A stretch of DNA of 64,000 nucleotides from Pocillopora damicornis. Its lineage: Eukaryota. The position numbers were made by a program, and so were the translations under genes. The stretch spans positions 62,001-126,000 of the forward strand of contig NW_020846901.1 in the NCBI RefSeq assembly GCF_003704095.1, in the 5' to 3' direction. Positions 25,206-35,995 of the stretch are shown here, in pieces. A model generated the notes under the pieces. That model did not search any database and was not told the DNA's origin. It saw only the letters and a program-made list of their open reading frames with translations. Positions within the stretch are counted from its first letter, which is position 1; each line of letters starts with the position of its first letter.

Positions 25206-28200
25206 TGTTACATGAAATGTTTCACATTTCAGACAAAATCTATCATACGGCTATTTTTACTTCTTCATCCAAAAATAAATCGTTTCGATTTGCTCGTAAA
25301 TAATTCAAACGTGTCGTTTATTCCAAACTGTTGGCTAATTACGGGGAAGAACAGCCATATTCAAAATATTTCGTACGTGTAAGTACTCACGGAACTCTCG
25401 AGATATTTTAGACGTGCACGTTGCATTGGACACGTTTCAATAAAGATGTCAGCCGGTGTCATGTTATGTACTTCGAGTCACGACTACGTTTGCTGATAAA
25501 AACTGAAAAGAAGTATTCCAAAATTATCACATATTCCTGCTTTCGTCACTAAAATACATTTGAAGAAAAATCCGTCAGAAAACACGTCATTACGATGTCA
25601 TTTTACTGAAAGACTCCTAAACAAATCGTAAGATGCTATAGCAATTCTGAAAGAGGATTACACCATAAAATACTTTGATCAACATGATACAAAGTTCGTC
25701 AAATAATACACTTTGCAGCGTGACATCACGTCGATATCACAAAAACCCACAATATTATTAATAAATCGTAGTATTGAGCTTTGTGCCCTTGGCTTCGCGG
25801 CTTTTTAAAACGTATTTTGAAAGTTTTTGATAGATATTATTTTTTGTTTTGCTTTCCCCCGCGCGGTTGAGTGCATATTGCCCCCCGAGTGACTCTCATG
25901 TATGAACCGCTAAAATTCCTTTTATTTGTTTGCAATATCTATGAATAACAACTTAGAAGAAACTATATTTCCGTTCGTTAAACAAAATTTTCACTGTGTA
26001 TTTGTTATCATATTTTTAAGAGAGACCAGCCAAAAACTCTCATGATTGATAATGATTTGAAACGGCTAAGAACTTCCCGAAGCGGAAATAGGAATCGAGT
26101 GGATCTATTTGGAGTTGAAGAAAAGGAAAGCTCCCGATTTATTAGTGGGGAGTCGAACTGTTTCTATTACTTCATCCTCTCTTTCAGTCACTGATTGGTT
26201 TTCACGTTATGTTTCACACTATGCTTTATTTATAAATGTTTTTATCTTTATCAAATATTAGACAGTTGATTGTCATCTACAAAGTAGATTGACCAACTCA
26301 TCAGAAATAATCAAGCCTCAAAGAAAAATGATCGTGATATTTTCAGCATTCCGCTTTTACTCGAAAAAAAAAGAGTCCTTAAATCAGATTTTTACGTCCG
26401 TAGCTTATGTATTATTTTAGCTTCTATTTGTACGCTTGGTGTAAATCTATTACAGGAGTGTCTCATTTTAAATCATAACATATCTATCCTTCTTTATCTA
26501 CATTTTTTGGAGTTGTATACAAACGTGCGCAATTTTTAGTTGTTTCTGTTCCCGTACTTAGGGGAAATGTTTCTAAAACGGATTTTCCCCTCTTATCCGT
26601 TACCCAAAAGAAAATTTCAGTTTCTGTTTCACGGGAAGGAAGATTTTTATTATTCGAGAATATTATCCGAGTTCTGAAACAGAACTGGCAGATTTTTTAT
26701 TAGATATTATTCTTTAATATTCCAAGTGGAAAGAAACTAATAATATCAAAATGTTTGATTTGTTGATGGAAAACGACCTTTAAGGGTAGTTTCAGCAAGT
26801 CAGGATCATCCCGATTAGTGTTACTAAAGTATAACCGGTGTCTGCTTCCTTAAGTGAGAAAGGAAGGACATTTGAGTGTGCGTTTGCCCTTCCTTATAGC
26901 AATGTGGAAACAGTTACAGTGGGCAATTAACGGGAAACGTGACCTTATCACAAAAATACGCAGGGCAGGTATGCTTAAAACAAAAACTTCCGTGAATATT
27001 TACGAGTTATACGTGTCTGTTCGGCTTCGCTGAAGCGAAACGTGTACTCATTCCTCTTCCATCGTTACTGAAACAAACAGATGGACGTGAAACTTCCTTA
27101 ATACCAGCAATAGACTTGAACTATTGGAATCTTGCAGGACATTGTAGAAAAACGGTTAGGTGCTCATGTGGAAGTTTTAATCAGCTTCACCAAAACATAA
27201 CCGGTATAGTTTATTCAAAAGCTACCGGTGTTCCTTAGAAAAAAAAAACTTCTCAATTGATATTTTTGTTCAAGTCCGACAAATTTCACACGAACAAAGA
27301 AACTTCCTCGCACATGCATGTTGCGTGGAGGGAGGTGGGTATTTCATTGGGTTATTTTCCTTAAACTTAATTGTAGAGTTCCGTTTGTTATGGCGAGGTT
27401 TTCTTTAATTTTACACGTCGCGATTCCACGTGAATAAAAAAAATTTTAACAAAAAGTTGGTTTCATTGATCAAATTTTAATCAAAATTCGGTTATTTTGG
27501 GACGATAAGCACTAGGTTTTGTCCTTTCCAAAGCTTTTACAATGTAGATTACGGAAGTTGTTTAAGTAATTACATTCCTGTTGTCATAACTTATGAGATA
27601 AAGCGTATTGTGTTCTGAATGCGTGTCCTGCCTTTAATTGGAAGTTGTTGTGTGTTGCCAAAAATGTGTTTATTTGATATGGCTCACTGAGTTTACGGAC
27701 AGGAATGAAATATTCCAGTCGAGAAATAAAGCTCAAAGTTACAAAATTTCATATCATCCTTAAATCTTGCAGTTTATTGTTCTGAACCAGTTTCTCTCTC
27801 GATCAAAACAAATAAAGGTTTTCGTGCATGATAAGCAACGTTTTACATTCAGATTCTCGCTTGATCTTTCTTATTCGTTGTGAAGAAACAATCAAGAAGG
27901 TAATGTAGCGTATATTAAACACGCACAGAATGAAAAGTGAAGGTCGCATCTAGCAAAGCCATTAAATATAGTAGGTTGAGAACCACACCGCTGCTGAAAT
28001 AACTTTAATAACAGTAGTTAGCACAGAGACACGCTCAAAATTGTGATCTGATTAAGATACCCGTAATATTTTGTTTGCTTGACAGTAGTGTTTTATTTTT
28101 AGCAATAAAGGAAAAGTAGATAGAGGTATCGTATCCTGTTTTGATGTCCTCGTTTTTGTGGGCAGTTAAATTATAACGAGGGAATGCTTGGCTAGCGATT

Positions 28201-29186
28201 TGACCTTGGCCGTAAAGGAATGGGTAACAGACTAAAATAAATGTAGAGTAACTATGTAACTATGAACATCGCATAATTTTAGCTGACACAGGAAGTTTTG
28301 TAAGCAACGAGCAACGAAGTACAGTGAGCTTTGAGAACAACCCGAATATAATTACTTCCTCTCAAGGCATAACAAACTCTGTAATACGTTTTCTGTTTCG
28401 ATTGCTCCAAGACTTGTTCGAAATCTGTCGGTTTGAAAGATAGGCTGAAGAGTTCCTGGTAGCCCTAGGGATATTTACTTCAACCTCTGAAAAGAAACGA
28501 AACAGCTTCATTCAGATGTTGAAGACCATAGTTCTGTATTCCTAATTACGATAAATTTTAAGAAAAGGCCGAAAACAGAGAGTAAATCAAGAGACTATAA
28601 ATAATCCAGTGAACACTGTCGATGCCAATCAAAACACTAATTTTTGTCTTGCTTTTTTCATCATTTTCTCAATATATAGATGCATCTTTTATGTATATTT
28701 TGTTTGCCGCGCGCTTTTAACGGGAGGCTCTTGCGCGGGAGTCTAGGTGACCAAACCCTACGTTTCAACACTACATTTAATTGATCAGTTTTAAGTTAGC
28801 AATCCTGTTAGCAATCAGTTAGTAATTACATCTTTGGTAAATGTAAGGCATCTTTCAGTGATACTTTGGTAGCGCCCGTCGTTCTAATAAATATTGTTTT
28901 GAATCAATTATTTGAACTTTTCGATTTCACCATTCAATATATATTTATACTAATTTTTTTTAGTATATTTTTGATTTCTGACTTCATATTTTACCATCTG
29001 GATATTTTGTCCATAGTTATGTCTTGAACAGTAATATGGGACAATTTCATAAAAGATAATTTTCTCCAACCCAACCCTTCATAAAATGCAGTCTCACTCT
29101 CAGAGTCCCTGTTACCCTTATTTAGTGCAACAGGTGCTAGTTGAGGTAATGAAAGGGAACAAAGACTCAGGAAACAAGAGTGTCCC

Positions 29187-32100
29187 TCAGGGCTCCACGC
29201 AAACTCTGTTGAACACTTGCTGTTTGGAGAGCAGCAAGGCTTGTTCAAAATCTGTGAGTTTGAAAGATGGGCTGAAGAGTTCTTCAAATGGATATTTATT
29301 ACATGTTCTGGACAGAAACGAAATAGCTTCATCCAGATGTTGTGGACCATAGTTGTGAATTCCTGATGATGATCAATGAAAAGAAAAAGGAAAATAGAGA
29401 GTGAGTCAAAAGGCCATTGATAAACAAGTAGACATCTCACTGTAAGTTCAGGCATCCTTTGATACTTACCTTTAATAGTGACACACTTTCTTATGATCTG
29501 TTCACCAGTGATATCTAAATTGGAATTTGGATGTACCATACCAGCAAGCACATATAAACCCCCAGTACGAAGGAGTCTTATTCCATCAGGTATCACTCCT
29601 GGGAATCCACAAACCTGTAAATAAATACACAACATCTCAGACTGCAATTTGATGAATTCTGAAAAACAATGCCTGGAATAATCCTCTATTATTTAAGACA
29701 ACTAACTACAGTCAATAAGTTACCAAATGGATAAAACCTCTACACCCTAACATCGGTATGCAAATTCTCCATACTAATCTTTAAACAATTCCTAAATAGG
29801 AGAACTTGTCAAACAATCAAGAGCTTCTTGAGTTTCTGATCATTTCCCTTATTCTCATGAACTTAATGTTTGATTTAGGGGTGAAAATGTTGGGAGAAAT
29901 TAGATACTTATCACTCTTAGGGGTTGGAGGGTTAGATTCCAAAAAGTGTAAACTGATATAAAATGCATAACTTTCAGTATGAAGTAATAAAAGTTCCTCA
30001 CCTCTATAACCACATCAACAGAGTTGTCACCAGGATCACTTGGAGGGCTCCCATCTATAAATTTGGAAATTATGTGGACTAGTAAGTCTCTCCTTATGTG
30101 AGTTTGTTGTTAACACTATGGAAGGTAAAATTTTAAATAAATGTAAATGTCAAGAATAAATCCAAAAAGGGATTGATATGATGAGAAATATCATGCTATA
30201 ACTGATTTATAATATACCTTTTGTTAATTAAATGGACTGCCCTTGGAAGGAGCTTAATCATCACAAAGCAACCAAATTATATCACATCACTTCATATACA
30301 CCTTTAACTTTGATCTAATGATTTTATCACACTTACATTGGATTTCCACAAGGAGAAATGTAAAAAAGCCTATCTTACCTGTTATGACAGGAATTCCACC
30401 AAACCTTTGAACTATTTCCAGTCTCTTGGGTTCAATATCAGAGCAGTAAACTTTCCTGAAGCCAGCTTCTTGAAGAAGCACACAGCCATAAATTCCTAAA
30501 AGGCCACACCCCTATAAAGTTAAAATTGAGCTGTACAGTCATCAAGTTGACACATTTTGAGGTTTAAAAGAAATTTTGAAATTTTTTTGAGAGTTTCAGA
30601 GCTGACGTTTCGAGTGTCAGCCCCTCCCTTGGAGCAAATGATGAAGGACTAACACTAAAAACATCTGCTTTTAAACTCTTAACAGTGGTCAATTTTGCAT
30701 TGCATGCCTGTCAAATTTCATAATTGCTTACCTGAATTAAGGCAACTGTATCACGATGAAGATTTTCTCCTGTAAGTCCAGACACAACATTAACCATTGT
30801 TGCTAATGCACAATTAATGGTAGCAGCCATATTATCTCTGACATGACCAGGAATTTTTGCAACATGTGTTCCACTGTGTATGATAATATGGGATGCATAA
30901 CAGCCATTAAGTTGTGATTCTTCTGTCATAATAGAGTGACCATACTATAAAAACAAATGAGAGCCCAGAGTGAATCTAATGCTTTACACCCTAACATCAA
31001 TATGCATTAATTCTCTATACTGTTCTTGATACAACTCCTAAGGTACTGACAGAGAGAATTTGTGTAACAATCAAGAGCTTCATTATTTGGTGATCATTTC
31101 CTTTATTCTTGTAACCTTAATGTTTGATTGTAAGGAGAAATTAGATGCTAGTCACCCTTTAACTCCCATGAGTGACCAAGACAGAATTTCTCCTTATAAT
31201 ATTAATACAATATCAAGCAGACAAGTGATGAGAATAAAGAAAAATATCCAAGAAGATCCAAGACCAAATTCTCCAAACTAACATCACAAGAACTGTAAGG
31301 GAGACTGTAAGGGAGACAGTAAGGAGAATTATCAATGAGATCTTGGGAGTTAAAGGATTAAGAGAAGAAAGAGCAAGATTTGTATTCTTTGGGGAATACT
31401 ACAATTGACTGAAAGCTGCTTTTTAAAAGACTCTATGGCCTCAAGTATTTAGTAGGCGTAGAATATAGTCCCTCACTGATTGCGTTTAATGGTCAGTGAC
31501 GTCAGGCTTCAGAGGAAAGGTTGGCATGTCTAGGAGGAAGAGAGGCTGAGAGAAAGAAACCAACAAATAAAAATTATTTAATAAATAACCTTTCACTGTT
31601 AGAAGCATCCAACATACAATTTCTCCTTTCAATATTTATACCTTGTTCAGTAAACAGTCGAATGTCAGATGTTGTCTTGATGTAGCATCAAATTCTCTCA
31701 AATCATTTGCAAGAAAATGATTGGCAGATGAATGGTAGAATTAACCCTTTAACTCCCTTATGTGACCAAGTCAGAATTTCTCCTTACAATATCAATACAA
31801 TATCAAGTGGACAAGCGGTGAAAATATAGAAAAATGTCAGTTTGGGAATTATGAGTTGATCCAATACCAAATTCTCCAAACTGACATCAAAAGAACTGTA
31901 TGGGAGAAGTAAAGAGAATTATTTATAAGATCTTGGGAGTTAAAGGGTTAATGATCACAACTGTCAAGTGTCTTTCTCAAGTGTGCCATGTAATGTCTCT
32001 AAACAAGAAATAACCTGAACCCTTTAACTCTCAAGAGTGATTGAAATGTAACTTCTCCCTATAATATCCATACATTATCCAGCAAAAGATAAAGAGAATT

Positions 32101-33701
32101 CTCAAACTTCTCAGGTACAGGTTGTTGTCTTCATCTAACACCAAATTCTCATAACTAAGTTACAGGTAAATGTGTAGCAGCCAGAGGGGAGAATTAACAA
32201 TCAGATCTTGGGAGTTAAAGGGTTAATTGTTTTATCCGAATTCCAGTTTGACATCCATTAGGTTCTGACATACTCACCAGGACCTAGCCCTCCTTCGGAT
32301 CCCAAATGCCCCCTTCCCACACTTTTCTTAAAAAAAAAAATTATCCCATTGTTACCTTGAACAAAGAAGTGCATTTCTGCTGAAGTCCTTCCCTGCAGTT
32401 TTCACATTTGTTGCAACAGTTGATGACATGAAATGTTATTCTGTCTCCTTTTTCAATGTCAGTATCTGGACGCAGATGATTGATTACTTCTACAACACCT
32501 TCATGTCCAAGAATGCTAAAATTTAATGACATCCCATGAGTAAATCTTCATCTTTAAAAAATAAATATATCTGGGAATTAAAATAGCATGGACTGACTTG
32601 AGGTGCTTGTTATGAGAGGAGTTCACCTGTATAGGTTTATATAATCTTAAAAGTATGATCTCATTGGGCTGGTTATTCAAACTAAATTTAGCTGTTGTCT
32701 AACAATGTCAGGGCCTAAACAATCCTCAATTTAGCAATTTTCTCCATAGACCAATTTGTTTCCCTTTCACTAGACCTTTTGTTAAAGAGAGTTGGTCAAT
32801 AGGACAGAAAAAAGAGAATAGAAAAACTGAGTGAGAGAGCCTGAGTGCAGAGGAAACCCAGATGAGTACATTTGCTTATTGATTGTTTTCCTGATCCAAA
32901 CACACAATAAAAATATAGGTCTGAAAATTAGGTGTAAATAATTCCTACACAAACATGTATGTTGACAGTCCTGCCTTTAATGAAAATCGAGACAGTGAAT
33001 TTGAGTTTTACTATTTTTCCTGCCTAGAAGTATGAAAAGAAATTTTCCTTTTTACCCTCTAAAATTGGATCTGTTAGGTGATGGGAAATGAAACATGCTC
33101 TGGTTTTTGTCCTCACAATGATTTGATCTTTGCTGAGGACCAGTCATTTGTAATGTAATGTATACCTAATTGACCACTCCCAAATGGGGCTTTTCAGGGC
33201 CAAAAAACATCCACAGAACCCTCCCTTTGAAAATTTGAATTTGAAGGCAATTTACAATAATTTGCACAGTTGCCCAATACTTGTGCTGGGTGTGCATGTT
33301 GGAATCTTAAGAGGTAAGATACCTAGGAGCCATTTTCTTTATAACTTCAATAGACATACGGAAAGAAAAAGCGCCTCTAAAGCCTTCACCCCTTCCCCTT
33401 CCCCTCCCCCCACAAAAAAATGCTCTTAAGGAATGTGGGGGTGGACAAACCCAAAGATCCATTTGTTCAATCAACAGTAACGTGCAATAAAATAGCATTT
33501 CAGGTTATACCTCGGCGTCTGCTCTTTTCTCTTTCCGCTAATTGTATGTAAATCCGATCCACATATTGTTGCCATTCGGAGCTTTCCTAGGATTTCACCA
33601 GGTTTCAGCTTTGGAATAGGAACTTCTTCATGAATCAAACATGGTTCAGCTTGGGTGCCTAGAAAAACAAGCCGGCGAGCTGTTTCGCTCATGTGTGACA
33701 T
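29187..33701 (-). CDS. Zinc-dependent medium-chain alcohol dehydrogenase resembling the phosphonate-catabolism-associated clade (TIGR03366-like), about 356 aa
   Basis: Exons 33701-33511, 32515-32356, 30944-30732, 30511-30379, 30054-30002, 29614-29470, 29362-29187 total 1071 nt in frame. Catalytic Zn motifs TICGSD/GHEG/INCA, structural Zn CNKCENC..QKC, Rossmann GCGLLG with Asp (NAD-type). Clade motifs KYGH, GIHNYGPQHL and YPFEEL. Confidence 0.9.
31741..31951. mobile_element. TTAA-flanked MITE of about 210 bp (piggyBac-like termini), subfamily 1
   Basis: TTAA-CCCTTTAACTCC...GGAGTTAAAGGG-TTAA perfect TIRs. Related copies at about 4953-5154, 8615-8825, 20713-20858, 31153-31361 and 48451-48663. 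Confidence 0.85.
32016..32226. mobile_element. TTAA-type MITE, subfamily 2
   Basis: Same TIRs with a different interior (gtaacttctccctataatatccatacatt). Copies at about 16939-17150, 43543-43750 and 63026-63240. Confidence 0.82.
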
Positions 33702-33975
33702 GACCGAAATTTCAAAGATCAATTAACACCAGGAAGAATGCAAAACGAGTGGTCTGATGATTAAACGAAATCAACTGGGCAGACGCTTTCTGCATGAATT
33801 TTGGGGACTTGCAATACGAGGTCGAGGAGATCTGGTAACAAAATAGACGAATTTGGAGGTAGCCTGGGAACTAAGCAAGAACAAGATGGCTGATGCGTTA
33901 GCGCGACTTCTCTATCTTGCCAAAGATTTTGCCGTCGCAAATCTTTTTTAACGTGACTGTGGGTCATGAACAGCC
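33702..33975. promoter_or_regulatory. Bidirectional promoter region between the ADH and the C15orf61-like gene
   Basis: The divergent start codons are only about 275 bp apart, and the interval is CpG-rich. Confidence 0.6.
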
Positions 33976-34407
33976 ATGGTAAGGCAAATAAGAAGAATTT
34001 TTCAGAATACCAAGCTGAAACCTAAAGCATCAGAGGTATTAACACAACATTTACGTCAAAGAGGACTGCCGAATTGGACTTCATATTTCGTCCGCTACAA
34101 GTCGGTGATGAATGACAACTTCGCAATGTCCCATTTTAACTGGCTCGTTGATGGACAAAACTACCATATTCTAAGAACAGGCTGTTTTCCTTTCATCAAA
34201 TACCACTGCTCAAAAAGACCTTGGCAGGATCTGAAGCTCGAGAACAATATCCTCACGTTATTGAAAATTTTGAATTTAGGAATTCCTACTTTGGCTTATG
34301 GAATAGTGGCTTTCTTTCTAATAAAACATGAGGAGACAGTGAAAACTGTCAATGGGGACGTTGAGATTTACTTTTTAATGGAAGAGGAAAAAGATGCCAT
34401 GTTTTGA
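33976..34407 (+). CDS. C15orf61-like (DUF4528) small protein, intronless, 143 aa
   Basis: [63 protein letters not shown] matches the family. Basic N-terminus. AATAAA at 34424. Confidence 0.9.
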   Translation: MVRQIRRIFQNTKLKPKASEVLTQHLRQRGLPNWTSYFVRYKSVMNDNFAMSHFNWLVDGQNYHILRTGCFPFIKYHCSKRPWQDLKLENNILTLLKILNLGIPTLAYGIVAFFLIKHEETVKTVNGDVEIYFLMEEEKDAMF

Positions 34408-35995
34408 GTAGAACTTGCTCAACAATAAACTTTTAACCGACATCCTGCAATGCAGAGCTTTATTTTTAGAAGTAATAGGCATAGTGGCATTACAATCGAT
34501 GCAGAATGCTGGGGTAGAACACAAGTTAACGTTTTTACCGTAAATCACCTACCAAACGTGAGTGATTTTCAAGCTTTTTTATTTTCCACCAAATTCTTTA
34601 GTGTCAAGGGAGGAAGCTAAATAATGAATGATGAATAGAAGTATTAAACCTTTTATACCCTAATAAATATTAATATTCTATTCGGCCATTCTTAGACGGT
34701 TGTTGTGTTTGAATATCCTGTCGGGTTGAGTTCGGGTCAATGTCGGATTATTTTCAACACTTTTTGGCTGTTTTCATCACTGTGAGGGCAAGTTGTCTGA
34801 GTCGAGTTTTAGAAATGCCCACCCCCTCGAATAGAGTTCATGAAACTGGACTTTCCAGCTATTGAACCGCGGGTAAAAGCATATATTCACCATGAATTCT
34901 TCCCATCCCCTCGGTAGATTTGCCAAGAAATCTTCCACACCCTTACCTCCACGTTGAGAGATGAAAAAAATTATCTTTGCATCTCTCTAAGGAGGCCATG
35001 TCGATGAGAGCGGTAAATCGGCACAGATCCGGATACCATACACTCTATCAAGGACATTAGTCAAAGCCCTATTTTGATCAGTTAATAAGTGTCTCTTTCT
35101 TCGTTGTGAACTTAGATGTGAAGTTTAGTTCTTTTAATTCGACCTTTCAGCGTCACCACGCTGATGTAGAAGCTAAGTTAGCGTCCTTCTAAAGTAGTTT
35201 TCCCTTCGATATCTTGTGTTCTTGTCAACTTTGTACCCAGCTCGGTCGTTTCTTACCCAGACTGATAAAGTATGTTTTCCACGTTAAGCTTTAACTTGTG
35301 AACGAGGTGTCTATTTTTAAAGCGCGACCACCGAGTGTGGGGCCTGGAACGTTCATAAGAATGGGAGAAAAATATCACACATTGCGTTAGGCAATAATAA
35401 TTTTTTTCGCTAGTTTTCACAACATTTGATATGATACCAGTGCTTATTACGCTGACGGGGTTATCCTCAATAAATATTATTATTATTGATCATATAATTT
35501 TGTCTGTATTTTTCTAGCAATACTCTACTTACTCATGAGTCGTACGCAACAATCGACATCTGTTCACACACTCGAGCGTGAGGTATTTCGAATATATGTA
35601 TATTAGGACGAGTAAGAATCGATCAGCGATTTGGGTACGAACCGACTGGGTATGAAGCGACCATGTGTACGAAACGAGCCGGAATACCCTCCAAAAGTTA
35701 CCAAAGGCTTACGTTCAATTCTCAGCTACTTGTGAATATTACTCTGCCTCAGTTTTACTCGCTCGGAGATTTAGCCGTTCTTTTAACCGTCCCAAGAGTT
35801 ATTTGTAGTCAGGTCTGCCCCTAATCTCGAAATATTCGAATACATTACATACTTTTTACACGCTACCTCTCGTAAGGCGCGCGTGATAACGAATAGCAGG
35901 GTTACAAAGCTGATTATGACGTAACGTTTACCTTCCCGCGAAATTGGAAAGTAGTGTAAAACCCTAACAGTTACAACGGAGTGACAGATTTTATC

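Noticed and set aside
28991-29647. 218-aa ORF
   Set aside because: Chimera of ADH exon 6, an intron and an out-of-frame exon 7; the spliced frame gives the conserved C-terminus.
29187-33701. Bacterial contamination as the source of the bacterial-like ADH
   Set aside because: Six canonical spliceosomal introns containing host MITEs, and contiguity with animal genes.
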